From contig CAVUWD010000006.1 in assembly GCA_963745025.1 (NCBI GenBank), positions 512,001 to 576,000 of the forward strand: DNA of 64,000 nucleotides, given 5' to 3'. Numbering within the stretch: the stretch's first letter is position 1; each line of letters starts with the position of its first letter. This DNA is from an uncultured delta proteobacterium (lineage in GTDB: Bacteria > Desulfobacterota > Binatia > JACPRU01). The notes below the pieces were generated by a model. That model was not told where the DNA came from, ran no database searches, and saw only the letters and a program-made list of their open reading frames with translations. The position numbers and the translations under genes were made by a program. This document shows positions 1 through 10,585 of the stretch, in pieces.

Positions 1-213
1 GCGCTCAGGGCGCGCGGGCTCGCTTCCGCCTGGACGACGTTCACCCTGCTTCACGAGCAGGAGACCGCGCGGCTGCTCGGCATTCCCGACTCCTATACGC
101 AGGCAGCGCTCCTTCCCGTCGCCTGGCTGAAGGACGGGGAACTTCATCCGGGGCCGCGTTTCCCGGCGCGCGAGGTCGCCTTCTGGAACAAATGGGGCTC
201 GCAACGCTCGTAA
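1..213 (+). CDS. nitroreductase family protein (3' part, runs off window start)
   Basis: Frame 1 reads ALRARGLASAWTTFTLLHEQETARLLGIPDSYTQAALLPVAW...WNKW, a typical nitroreductase C-terminus; TAA at 211-213. Confidence 0.75.
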   Translation, partial: ALRARGLASAWTTFTLLHEQETARLLGIPDSYTQAALLPVAWLKDGELHPGPRFPAREVAFWNKWGSQRS

Positions 214-225
214 AAGGAGGTCGAA

Positions 226-1353
226 ATGAAGGCGGTGATATTCGAAGGCAGGAATCGAATCGCGGTCCGGGAGCTTCCCGAGCCGCAGGCACGCCGCGGG
301 GAGCTGGTCCTGCGCGTCGCGTCGAGTGGCATCTGCGAGACGGACGTCTGGGTGTATCGCTCCGGCGCCTTCGCGAGGCCCGGCATGGTTCTGGGCCACA
401 TGGCTGGCGGGGAGATAGTCGACGTCGGGGCCGATGTGGACGGCTGGCGAAGCGGTGAGCGCGCGGCAATCGATCCGCGAGTGTATTGCGGAGAATGCCT
501 CGCCTGCCGCGGCGGCCATGCCACAATGTGCGAGCGGCGCGTCGCGGAAGGAGCGGGAACCTGGATCGGCGTCGACGCCCTCCGGGATCCGGGGAAGGGC
601 GAGCTCTATCACGGCGCGATGGCGGAGTACTGTGTCGTGCCCGCTTACTGCTGTTACCGCGTCCCGAATTCGATCCGGGACGAACAGCTCGCGGCGATCG
701 AAGGCGTGGCTTTCTCGGTCCGATGCATCCGGGGCTCGGGTCTTCGCCTGGGCGACGACGTCGTCATGTTCGGCGCGGCGGACTACTGCATCGAGTGGAT
801 CCAGTGGGCGAAAAAGCTCGGCGCTCGACGCCTCGCGGTGGTCGAACCGGTGGCAGTCCGCAGGCAAATGGCCGAGCGGTTCGGCGCGGACCTCGTCGTC
901 GATCCGTCTAGCAGTGACACCGTAGCCGAGCTTCGCAAGCTCATGCCGTTCGGTGCGGATCTAGTCGCGCTCTATCCGACCTATCCGCAGGCCATCTCGC
1001 ATGCCTTCGAGATCGCCAAGTCGCGCTCCACGCTCCAGGTCCTGATCTGCTACGAGGAAAGCAACACGCATCAGGCGGTGCCCTTGATGCCGGTCGTTAA
1101 GGAGCTGACGATTCGTTATCCCGGGCTCTTCGAAGCGGAGCCGTGGCGGGGCGGACGAGCGCGCGGGGACTATGCGCTGGCGATCGAGCTCGTGGCGGAG
1201 GGCCGAATCGACGTCGAGTCGTACGTGACCCGGATCATCGACTGGGAGGAAGTCGACCGGGTCGTGGAGCTTGGCTTCGATCGGCTGCCGGAGCGCGAAG
1301 TAAAGGTCCGACTGCGGATGAGGCACCGAGCGGGTACGCGGACCACACCATAG
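226..1353 (+). CDS. zinc-dependent alcohol dehydrogenase (MDR family)
   Basis: MKAV start, GICETD, GHM, structural Zn motif CGECLACRGGHATMC; AGGAGG RBS upstream. Confidence 0.85.
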   Translation: MKAVIFEGRNRIAVRELPEPQARRGELVLRVASSGICETDVWVYRSGAFARPGMVLGHMAGGEIVDVGADVDGWRSGERAAIDPRVYCGECLACRGGHATMCERRVAEGAGTWIGVDALRDPGKGELYHGAMAEYCVVPAYCCYRVPNSIRDEQLAAIEGVAFSVRCIRGSGLRLGDDVVMFGAADYCIEWIQWAKKLGARRLAVVEPVAVRRQMAERFGADLVVDPSSSDTVAELRKLMPFGADLVALYPTYPQAISHAFEIAKSRSTLQVLICYEESNTHQAVPLMPVVKELTIRYPGLFEAEPWRGGRARGDYALAIELVAEGRIDVESYVTRIIDWEEVDRVVELGFDRLPEREVKVRLRMRHRAGTRTTP

Positions 1354-1419
1354 TCTTGCCCTCGCAGCGAATGGGTGCCTACACATCATGAAGTGGAAAC
1401 GATCATCCCAAAGCGTGGG

Positions 1420-1503
1420 GAGGATAGCTGGGATAAGCCGCCGAGTTGACGTAGAGCCTCAATATCCGACGCTGCCCAAACATGAGACGCCCCGTTTCTA
1501 CGG
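1420..1503 (+). repeat. dispersed 93-bp element, copy 1 (diverged, 84 bp, lacks the last ~10 bp)
   Basis: GAGGATAGCTGGGATAAGCCGCCGAGTTGACGTAGAGCCTCAATATCCGACG...TTCTACGG matches 7396 and 10586 with about 4 substitutions and one indel. Confidence 0.95.
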
Positions 1504-1561
1504 GCCGGACTCGTGAGGAAGGTCGCGCGCCTGCTTCCGCTCGCTGTGCTCAAGGGATGAA

Positions 1562-2878
1562 ATGCGCCCGGAAATCGCGTGTGTCGTCGTGTGCTGTGGT
1601 CTGCTCGCCGGTTGTCGTGCCGATCGCGACGCGACTTCCGCGGCGGAGCCTGCTTCGAGTCAGGCCGGTGCTACAACAGCGACGACGGGCAGCATGACCG
1701 CGCAACAGCGACGCCAGCGCGCGATCGAGCTGATGGCCGACTTCGCGCAGCGCACCGGGCTCGGCTCCGGGCGCGCGCAAGAGCGCTACCTGTGGACGGA
1801 CGCGTTTGCCGTGTGCAACTTCCTCGGCTTGGCTGCGGACACCGGCGAGGCGCGCTACACGGAGTGGGCGCTGCAACTCGTCGACGGCGTGCACCATGCG
1901 CTTGGACGTCACCGTGGCGATGACGGACGCTCCGGCTGGCTCAGCGGACTCGGCCCCGAAGCGGGCGAGCAGCACCCCACGGTGGCCGGACTGCGCATCG
2001 GCAAACCGCTGCCGGAGCGCACGTCGGGCGAGCGCTTCGACGAGCGCCTCGAATGGGAGCGGGACGGCCAGTACTTCCATTACCTGACCCAGTGGATGCA
2101 CGCGCTCGATCAAACGGCCCGAGCGACCGGTAAGCCCGTGTTCAACGCGTGGGCGCGCGAGTTGGCGGACGCTGCGTTTCGCGGCTTCAGTGCCGTGCCC
2201 CCCGGCGAGACGCGCCGTCGTTTGCGCTGGAAGATGAGCATCGACCTGTCGCGGCCGCTCGTGCCCTCGATGGGGCAGCACGATCCACTGGACGGCTACC
2301 TCGTGTACACCCAGCTCGAGGCCACCGCCGCGCAATCGAAAGCGCCCGTGGCCGGCCCGCGTGTGGGCGACCAGGTCGCGCAACTCGCGAAGATGTTCGA
2401 GGGGCACGAACTGACCACGACGGATCCGCTGGGCATCGGCGGCTTGCTCGTCGACGCGTTTCGCTTGCACCAGCTAGAGCAACAAGGAGCAATCTCGGAC
2501 GCGGGCTTGCTCGAGGACTTGCTCGCCGCTGCGGGCACCGGTCTGTCGGCATACGCCCGAAGTGGCGAACTGCGATTACCCGCGGCGCAGCGGCTCGCGT
2601 TCCGGGAACTGGGCCTGGCCATCGGTTTGGAAGGCGTCACGCGCATGCTTGCGGAGGCGCAAGGCAACTCGGGGCGTCTTGCGGCCGGATCGCCGGCGCG
2701 CGCACGGCTCGACGCACTCGACCGTTATCGGCCGCTCGCGGACGAGATCCGGTCCTTCTGGCTCGATCCCGCGCACCGGCGCGCGTCCAGCTGGACCGAG
2801 CACCGCAACATCAACGACGTCATGCTGGCGACGAGCCTCGCCCCCGCGGGCTTCCTCGTGCTGTCCCGCGCGAACTGA
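1562..2878 (+). CDS. conserved hypothetical lipoprotein (RYLWTDAF family, probably six-hairpin glycosidase-like fold)
   Basis: Lipobox LLAGC; motifs RYLWTDAFAV, DGQYFHYLTQW, SMGQHDPLDG, RLAFRELGL, HRNINDVMLA. Confidence 0.7.
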   Translation: MRPEIACVVVCCGLLAGCRADRDATSAAEPASSQAGATTATTGSMTAQQRRQRAIELMADFAQRTGLGSGRAQERYLWTDAFAVCNFLGLAADTGEARYTEWALQLVDGVHHALGRHRGDDGRSGWLSGLGPEAGEQHPTVAGLRIGKPLPERTSGERFDERLEWERDGQYFHYLTQWMHALDQTARATGKPVFNAWARELADAAFRGFSAVPPGETRRRLRWKMSIDLSRPLVPSMGQHDPLDGYLVYTQLEATAAQSKAPVAGPRVGDQVAQLAKMFEGHELTTTDPLGIGGLLVDAFRLHQLEQQGAISDAGLLEDLLAAAGTGLSAYARSGELRLPAAQRLAFRELGLAIGLEGVTRMLAEAQGNSGRLAAGSPARARLDALDRYRPLADEIRSFWLDPAHRRASSWTEHRNINDVMLATSLAPAGFLVLSRAN

Positions 2879-2925
2879 GGGGGGGGTCCCCCCCTGCGCG
2901 ATCGGGGTGCCTCCGTCGCTTGCGG

Positions 2926-2988
2926 GCCACGACCGATGCCGCTGGCGGCCCCGGTCACCACCGCCACCTTCTTGGTGAAGTCCTTCAT
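2926..2988 (-). pseudogene. SDR oxidoreductase, 5' stub only
   Basis: MKDFTKKVAVVTGAASGIGR with AAGGAG RBS; homology stops abruptly after the TGxxxGIG motif. Confidence 0.75.
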
Positions 2989-3189
2989 GCGCATCTCCTT
3001 CGTGTCACCGGTCCCGGGTTGTGATCGGGGCGCGGGCTGCGCGGGTGCGCGCAGCCCTTCGATCCGGACGGGACTCTACGCTGGCCTGTTTTGGAAGGAA
3101 AGTGCGTTGTGCCGGCGCGCCGGCGGCGCAGGGCACGCCACCGGGCCCCGCGTGCGCAATGGGGACCGGCCGCTCAGGGCAGCAGCAGG

Positions 3190-3754
3190 GCAGTTCTGCG
3201 GCACACCGGCGCAGCTCCTCGGTCAGGCGCAGCGCCGCGTAGCAGGCGCGGCGGGCATGGTCTTCGTGCGCGATCGGCGCCCCGAAGAGCGCCATGATGC
3301 CGTCGCCCGTGTACTGATTTACGGTCCCCTCGAAGCGGTGAACGCCGTCGGTCAGGATCGTGAAAAACCGCTCCATGATCCGGTGCCAGTCCTCGGGATC
3401 GATCGACTCCGAGAGTTCCATCGAACCCTTCACGTCGGCGAACAGCACCGTCACCTGCTTGCGCTCGCCTTCCAGGGCCGACTTCGATTGCAGGATCTTC
3501 TCGGCGAGATGCTTGGGCGTATAGGCGCGCGGCTCGCGTGCAGGCGGCGGAGTGCCGACCGCAGGAGTTGCCGTGGACCATGCGAGCGTGTTCTCCTCTC
3601 GCCGGGCGACGCGCTGAACGTCGACCAGCTCCTCGATCACCTCCTCGAGCGCACCGTCGTCCAGCTCGAACTGCCGCCGCAGCATCCGCAAGGACAAGCG
3701 GCCGTTCTCTTCGAGGTGCCGCCGCACCTCGCGGACCACGTCGAGGAGATTCAT
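3190..3754 (-). pseudogene. class III adenylate/guanylate cyclase-ATPase paralog, 3' truncated
   Basis: PRAYTPKHLAEKIL, ERKQVTVLFADVKGS, YTGDGIMALFGAP, near-identical to the 7115 gene; ATGA overlap with it; homology ends near 3190. Confidence 0.8.
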
Positions 3755-6700
3755 CGCGCCGACTCCGCGAGCAGCGGCGCGATGCGCTCGGCGTGCCCCG
3801 TTGCACCCATCTCCACGAAGAGGCGATGCGCCTCGCGCAGCTCGCACTCACGGGTAGCCTCATCGCCACGCAGGTGCCCGAGCTCCGCCGAGATCTCGTG
3901 GATGGTCGGCTCTCTGCAGCGCGCCTCCGTCTCGTCGATCAGCGCGGACGCTTTTGCGAGGGTGCGCTCCACCTCGGCTGCGCCGCTCGCACCCTCGGAG
4001 CCGAGCAGGGCTCGCGCGCGCGTCAGCAGCGCGTCCATCTCGAAGAGGCGACCACCGCTCTGCCGCGCCTCGGCCAGCGCCTGATCTGCCAGCTCCAGTG
4101 CACCGCGACTATCGCCCTGACCGAGCCTTGCCTCCGCTAGGAAGCGGAGCGCCCAGGCCGTGATTCCGAAGCCGATGCCGCGCTCTCGAGCAAGAGCCAG
4201 GGCCTGCCGTTCGACTTCCTCGGCCGCGCTCCACTCTGCGTTGGCGAGGAGGGCGATGCCCGAGGACCACTTGAGCGAGGATCTGGGCAACGGGGCCTCC
4301 TCCACCTCCTTCGGCGCGCTCGAGCGCACGGCGTGCGTGCGTCAAAGCCCCGGGCACGTCACCGGCGCGGTATGCGCGCACGACGTTCCACGTCTGCGAC
4401 CAGACAAAAGCGCCGGGCTGTTCCCTCGGGGAGTCGCTCGCTCGGTCCAGATCGGATGCGGCTTCTTCGAGGCGACCCATCTCGACCAGTGTTAGCTCCC
4501 CGCCATAAAAGCCCAACTAGATAGGCGCTGCTCCCGTACAGCTCCTGGCCGAGGCTCAAATCTTCCGCGCCCAGTGCAACGCCCTTCTCTGCGAGCCGTA
4601 GAGCCTCGCGCAGGCGTCCCGTCCAGCAGAACGCATGAGCAGCATCGGATGCGAGAACTGCAAGAGTCACGGGATCATTCGCCCGCTCGGCCAGACGCAG
4701 CGCTTTGGAGGCATGCTCGTGGTACGCGCGCAGATCGCCAGCCGTGCCCTTCGCGTTCCCGTACAGGTTGAGCAGGATCGCGAGCGATCGCAGATCGCCG
4801 GCTCGTTCGGCGAGCTCCTTGCCCTCGGCGAAGATAGCGTCGACGTCCGCGCCCCCGCTTCTCCAGTAGATACTGAGGATCCCACGGCAGGCCTCGAGCC
4901 GCAGCGACATCGTCTCGGCCGACTCCACCGCGCCCGCGAGCAGATCTCGCACCTTCTGCCACCGTAGGAGCGATTCCGAGGGATCGGTATCTTCCGTCCA
5001 GCGAGCGGAACGATGGTGCCAGCGCGCCGCTTCGAGCGCATCGCCGGCTTCCTCCCAGTGATGCGCCAAGAGCGCCGCGCGCTCGTCGAACTGCTCGGGG
5101 TAGAGCTCTGCGATCGCCCGTGCCACCGCCGCGTGCGTGCGCAACCGACGCTCTCCGAGCTGCGAGCGATAGGCCACTTCCTGCGTCAGCGGATGCTTGA
5201 AGGCATACTCCGCTTGCGGATAGAGCGCCTGCTCGTAGATGAACTCCGCGCTCGTGAGCTTCTGGAGCGCGGCAGCGAGGTCGATCTCGGGTAGCTCCAC
5301 GACGCGTCGCAGAACCGGCTCCGTGAACTCCCTTCCGATCACTGCGGCAGTCTGCAACACCAGTTTCTCACGTTCGCCGAGTCTATCGATGCGCGCGGCG
5401 AGCACGGCCTGGACCGTCGCCGGCAGAGCGAGCTCGGCGGCGGATCGGATCGCCCGGTACGCCCCCCTCGTGCCTACGAGACTCCCCGTCTCCGCTAGCG
5501 CCTGGACGGTCTCCTCGATGAAGAACGGATTCCCGCCGGTCCGCTCCCGGATGCGGGCGGGGAGCGTTGCCAGCGATGGGTCGGCGCCCAGGAGGTCGTG
5601 CAGCAGTTCATCGATCGCCGCGGGTTCGAGCGGCAATAGCGGCAGCTGCTGGTAGTACGACTTCTGCATCCAGTCCGCGTGGTACTCGGGGCGGAAGTTC
5701 ACTACGAGAACAGTGCGTGTCGCTCGCGCCGCATCGACCAGCACCTCCAGGACGCCTTCACTGCCGCTGTCGAACCAGTGGAGGTCCTCGAGGAGGACGA
5801 CCGCCGGCTCTCGCTGGCTCCGCGCCTGCATCACGCGCTTCACGGTCGCGTAGAGTTGGCGCTGCCGTGCCTCGGGCTCCATCGGCAGCAGCGGACGCTC
5901 GGGATCGGGAACGCTCAGGAAATCGAAGAGGAGCGGCAGGGCGTCCCGTAGCGACTCGTCGAGGAGCAGCATCCGGCCGGCAATCTTGTCCCGAGCTGCC
6001 TGCTCACTGTCCTGGTCGGTGATGCGGAAGAAGGCGCGGAAGAGCTCGAACACGGGAAGAAACGGAATGAGCTTTCCGTGCGAGACCCCATGCGCCTCGT
6101 AGACCGTGAGGCCTCGGGCGCGGCAGCGCTCGGTGAACTCGAAAGAGAGTCGGCTCTTCCCGAGCCCAGGGTCGGCGACCACTCCCACGACCTGTCCACT
6201 GCCTGCGACCGCCCGTCCGAGCGCCGCCTCGAGCGCCGCAATCTCATCCGCTCGGCCGACGAAGCGCGAGAAGCCGCGGGCCCGGGACCGTTCGAGCGGC
6301 GTTCGAAGAGCCCCCACTCCTTGGAGCTCGAAGACGTGCACCGGCTCGTGCACGCCCTTCACAGTGAATCCTCCGAGATCGTCGAGGCGGAAGTACCCGG
6401 AGACGAGCGACGCCGTAGCCTCGGTGAGATATACCTTGCCCGGCTCAGCAAGGTCCTCCATCCGCGCCGCGAGGCCGACCGTGTGCCCCTGCGCCGTGTA
6501 GTCCATGCGCAGGTTGTCGCCGATCTTCCCGACGACCACCTCGCCGGAGTTGAGACCCATGCGCACGGTGAAGTTCAGGCCGTGATCACGCCGGAGCTCT
6601 TGGGCGTAGCGCCGGAGCTCTTCGGTCAGATGCAGTGCCGTGTAACAGGCCCGGCGTGCGTGGTCCTCGTGCGCGATCGGCGCCCCGAAGAGGGCCATGA

Positions 6701-7115
6701 TGCCGTCGCCGGTAAACTGATTGATCGTGCCCTCGAAGCGGTGCACGCCGTCGGCGAGGATCGCGAAGAAGCGGTCCATGATCTGGTGCCAGTCTTCGGG
6801 GTCGACCTGCTCGGCGAGATCCATCGAGCCCTTCACGTCAGCGAAAAGCACCGTTACCTGCTTTCGCTCGCCTTCGAGGGCGGCGCGCGAGGTGAGAATC
6901 TTCTCGGCGAGGTGCTTCGGGGTGTAGGCGCGGGGATCGGGTGCCGGCGGGCGAGGTTCGGCGGCGGCGAGCGGCCGGCCGCAATCGCCGCAGAACCGAA
7001 AGCCCGGGGGGTTTTCGGCCCCGCAGCTCGAGCACTTGAGCTTCAGTGCTGCACCACACTCGCCGCAGAACTTTATGCCACTCGGGTTTTCGAAGCTGCA
7101 GGCCGTACACAGCAT
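3751..7115 (-). pseudogene. double zinc ribbon-adenylate/guanylate cyclase-AAA ATPase-TPR protein with two 3' frameshifts
   Basis: CxxC ribbons, ERKQVTVLFAD, GLNSGEV, ADPGLGKS, LLEDLHW, TGGNPFF; the C-terminus continues in ORFs 4109-4516 and 3751-4329 (shifts near 4500 and 4260, possibly sequencing errors). Confidence 0.85.
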
Positions 7116-7395
7116 GGCTGGGCCCTCGGGGGGACCGTCTGCACCCTAGACCTGCCTACTACGAGGATTCAAACGCCAGGTGCGCACATCCGAGTTTTCC
7201 GCATCTCGCCGCTCGTCGGCTATTCGGACTTCGGTCTACGCCCTTCCAGTTCCGGCGAGAGACATCTTTAAACCGTTTGGCGAAGCTCGCCGGCGCCATC
7301 TTTTACGCAACTCGTGTCGATTCGTGACCCAACGTTGTTCGGAGGCTGCAATCAGCTTGCGACCGGACGCTGGAAGAAACCGTCGAGGATGCCAT

Positions 7396-7488
7396 GAGGA
7401 TAGCTGGGATAAGCGGCCGACTGACGTAAAGCCTCAATATCCGACGCTGCCCAAACACGAGACGCCCCGTTTCTACGGAGCGCATAAG
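7396..7488 (+). repeat. dispersed 93-bp element, copy 2
   Basis: Identical to 10586-10678; starts GAGGATAGCTGGGATAAG, ends GGAGCGCATAAG; flanks unrelated. Confidence 0.97.
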
Positions 7489-7596
7489 CCTCTTGTGCAG
7501 ATCGTCACACCGCCGTAGGGTGCGGCCTACAGGAAGTCCGTGCTGGGCCGCTTCCTGGTTTCGACTGCGGCGCCCAGCCGACAACCGGAGGGCGGC

Positions 7597-8529
7597 ATGC
7601 GGTTCAGGACGCTGTTCTCAGTGGGCTTTCTCGCGATGGCCCTGTTGGTAGCGGCGACGGGCGCCGCCGCGAAGCTCGGCGACTGGTCCGCCCCCGTCAA
7701 CCTCGGTCCGGTCGTGAACTCTCCGTTCCTCGATCAAGGTCCCGCTATCTCGCCTGACGGACTCGCGCTGTACTTCAACTCAAACAGGCCCGGCGGCCTC
7801 GGCGGCGACGACATATGGGTCGCGCGCCGCGAGAAGGAGAGCGATCCCTGGGGGACGCCCTTCAATTTGGGTGCCCCGGTCAATACTCCGTTCGACGAGC
7901 GCGTGCCCGCGTTCTCGCGTGACGCTCGCACGTTGTTCCTCGCGAGCAGCCATCCGGACGGATTCGGGGTGCGCGATGTCTGGATGTCGCAGCGCCAAGA
8001 TCCGGACGACGATTTCGGCTGGGGCCCGCTTGTGAACCTCGGCTCCAACGTGAACACCGCAGCGGACGAGGCGGGCTCGGCGCTGTTCGAGCACGGAGAC
8101 GACGCCGTTCTCATCTTCAACAGCGCGCGCCCGGGTCCACCGGGTACCGGCCTCTTCGATCTCTACGTCAGCGTGCGCGACGACGACGGCTCGTTCGGAC
8201 CGGCGACGCTCATCGCCGAGCTGAGCACGCCGCTGGTCGAGGCGAGGCCGACGATCAGCCGCGACGGCCGCGAGATCTTCTTCACCAGGGGCCCGACTAC
8301 CGCGGGGCCGTTCGACCTCTGGACGGCCACCCGCGAGAACCGCCGGGATCCGTGGTCCGAGGCGACGGATCTAGGACCGGTCGTGAACTCGGTGGCGAAC
8401 GATGTCCGGCCGTGGCTGTCGCGCGACGCAAGGACGCTCTTCTTCGACTCGGCCCGAGCGGGTGGATCTGGCGCGGCGGATCTTTGGTTAACCACCCGCG
8501 AGAGTGGCGACGAGGACGAAGACGACTAG
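7597..8529 (+). CDS. secreted PD40/WD40-like beta-propeller protein
   Basis: Signal peptide, repeated PVNLGPxVNS...P.ISPDG..LYFNS.RPGG.G..DIW units. Confidence 0.85.
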   Translation: MRFRTLFSVGFLAMALLVAATGAAAKLGDWSAPVNLGPVVNSPFLDQGPAISPDGLALYFNSNRPGGLGGDDIWVARREKESDPWGTPFNLGAPVNTPFDERVPAFSRDARTLFLASSHPDGFGVRDVWMSQRQDPDDDFGWGPLVNLGSNVNTAADEAGSALFEHGDDAVLIFNSARPGPPGTGLFDLYVSVRDDDGSFGPATLIAELSTPLVEARPTISRDGREIFFTRGPTTAGPFDLWTATRENRRDPWSEATDLGPVVNSVANDVRPWLSRDARTLFFDSARAGGSGAADLWLTTRESGDEDEDD

Positions 8530-8832
8530 CTGAGTCAGCAGGGCCGTCGAGCAGCACAAAATTGGTCAGGCGTCATTGGCGGACGCTGGCGCACTCCTGG
8601 GCTGTTTCGCCCGGGCTCTAAGCGAAGCCTCAGTAGGCAGGCGCCGGCACCACATCATCAAACTCATATGATTCCACCCTGCAATAGCGAGCATGACGGC
8701 TCCGCGTTCAGCGAGCTGATGGGCACCGTGCGTATGACGATGACTAGGTCGTTCGGCTCTTGCTCCGGTATGCGGATTCACCACGACGGCTCCCCTGTGC
8801 ATCCTTGCTTGGGCGTTCCGACGTAACCGTCG

Positions 8833-9180
8833 TCAAGGGTCCATCTTGTCCGGCAAACCGCTAACGGCGGACAGCGCCGACTCTCTGAGACCGTCATCCG
8901 TGAGCTGGCCGATCGACAAGACAAGGCAGCCCATGTTCCGGGTTACGAACTCGTGCGCGCTCGTCGCCGACGTGTCGAACGGCGATGTATCAAGGCACAT
9001 GCGGTCGACACGCTCAAGTTGTGAGGCCGCCACGGCGATTCGACTCTCGACCACAAGCGGACGGTACGTTGGGAAGAACTGCTCAACGACCGCGGCAAGA
9101 TGAGACTCACTGGACCAGTCGTCGGCAAGTGCAATGAGCTCACTCGGTTCAGCGTGGAATTGGAATTGCAAACTCGCCAT
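8833..9180 (-). CDS. hypothetical protein, probably 3' truncated
   Basis: Plausible protein MASLQFQFHAEP...; lower-GC codon usage; no family recognised. Confidence 0.45.
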   Translation of the reverse strand: MASLQFQFHAEPSELIALADDWSSESHLAAVVEQFFPTYRPLVVESRIAVAASQLERVDRMCLDTSPFDTSATSAHEFVTRNMGCLVLSIGQLTDDGLRESALSAVSGLPDKMDP

Positions 9181-9300
9181 GCCGAGGCCCTCAGGCTACG
9201 CGGTCGGGCCAACGGTACAACGCTCCGTCAGCGTGCATTCGTGAACTCAATGTCACGCTTGCGGGGTGGCGGCGTTGGAGGGCGGTCGCAGGCTCCGGTG

Positions 9301-9801
9301 TCAGCGCTCCCAGCCCAGGCCGCGGTCGAGCTCGATCGCGCGCTGCATGGTCTCGATCACGACGCGGTCCTGCTCGCGCCCGTGCGCTTCGAGCATGCGG
9401 ACGAGGTCGCCGGGATCGGCGACGGCGGGGCGCAGGCCCTCGCCGATCGGTTCGCGGGTGGCGCGGTGGCGGAGATCGTCGTAGCCGCGCGTGCCCGCCG
9501 GCTCGAGCACGATCTTGATCTCGCCGGCGGCGCTCTCGAACTCGATGACCGGGTCGCGGTCTGTGTCGAGCCGGGTAAGTTCGGGTGTGGTTCCGTCGGC
9601 GCGGCGTGCGTTCAGGCTCTCAAGCGCCGCTTGGAGACGTTCGAGGTTCTTCGCTCGTGGCGATGGGGTGAGGTCGATGCCGTGGGTGAGCTCGTCGGAG
9701 CCCTGCAGCACGCGTGCGAGGCCGCCGACGATCACGTAGCTGACTCCCTCTTGCTCGAGCGCGTGCAGGATCGCGTAGGGGTGGAACCGTGCTGGGCTCA
9801 T
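9301..9801 (-). CDS. putative nucleotidyltransferase (toxin-like)
   Basis: YVIVGGLA...LQG...T.GID NTase-like motif, R..D near the C-terminus; overlaps upstream HTH gene. Confidence 0.7.
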   Translation of the reverse strand: MSPARFHPYAILHALEQEGVSYVIVGGLARVLQGSDELTHGIDLTPSPRAKNLERLQAALESLNARRADGTTPELTRLDTDRDPVIEFESAAGEIKIVLEPAGTRGYDDLRHRATREPIGEGLRPAVADPGDLVRMLEAHGREQDRVVIETMQRAIELDRGLGWER

Positions 9802-10091
9802 TCGTTTTCGATCCGGACGAGCAGGTCGCGGAGCCGTTCCTGGGGTGTGCGCTGCTGCGCCTCGAGCACGCGGGCGTCCCGCTCCGGGTCGCGCTCGAAC
9901 GGGACCAAGGTCAAGGAGAGGTCGTAGCCGCAGGCCTGCAGCACGCGACGGAGGGTGGAAAGGCCCGGCTCAACTTTGTCGACCTCCCAGCGGGCGATCG
10001 AGCTGCGCGGCATCCCGAGCCGCTCGGCGAGCTGCTCCTGGGAGAGCTCGGCGCGGAGGCGTGCTGCTCGGATCAGTTCGCCGCTCGTCAT
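9798..10091 (-). CDS. XRE-family HTH protein (putative antitoxin)
   Basis: LIRAARLRAELSQEQLAERLG...SIARWE...EPGLSTL; C-terminal TPQERL. Confidence 0.85.
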   Translation of the reverse strand: MTSGELIRAARLRAELSQEQLAERLGMPRSSIARWEVDKVEPGLSTLRRVLQACGYDLSLTLVPFERDPERDARVLEAQQRTPQERLRDLLVRIENE

Positions 10092-10162
10092 GCCCCGGAG
10101 TCTAGTCGCGGCAGCATGAGTAAGCCTGGCAGCACTTTTGCTACTATCGTGGACTTCTGCTG

Positions 10163-10375
10163 ATGGCGACGGCTTCGCTACCGACCTTTCTCACCGTCGA
10201 CGAGCTCGCCGCCGTGCTCCGCTGCCAGCCTGAGAAGGTCTACCGCCTCGCTGCCCGCGGCGAGCTGCCCTCCTACAAGGTCGAGGGCCGGCGGCTGTTT
10301 GCCGAGGCCGACGTCCTGCGCTGGCTTGACCGGTGCCACGTCGGGTCTAACCTCGACGCAAACGGAAGGAGGTAG
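10163..10375 (+). CDS. excisionase-family HTH DNA-binding protein
   Basis: FLTVDELAAVLR...VYRLAARGELPSYKVEGRRLF; directly upstream of integrase stub. Confidence 0.85.
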   Translation: MATASLPTFLTVDELAAVLRCQPEKVYRLAARGELPSYKVEGRRLFAEADVLRWLDRCHVGSNLDANGRR

Positions 10376-10381
10376 GTCGGC

Positions 10382-10585
10382 ATGGCCTCGATCCACGCGT
10401 ACCAAACGGCGAAGGGCGAGCGCCGCTACGACGTTCGTTACCGCGATCAAGGCGGCAATCAGCGCTCGCGTGTCTTCACTGTCCGCAAGGACGCCCAAGC
10501 GTTCAAGCTCGATGTGGAGCGGCGCCGGCAGGCAGGCGTGCTCTACCAGGCGACGCCGGAGCTGTTCTCGGCTGTCGCGGGGGCG
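10382..10585 (+). pseudogene. tyrosine integrase N-terminal arm-binding domain, truncated at the 93-bp repeat
   Basis: MASIHAYQTAKGERRYDVRYRDQGGNQRSRVF..RKDA; GGAGG RBS; the frame runs straight into the repeat at 10586. Confidence 0.8.
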
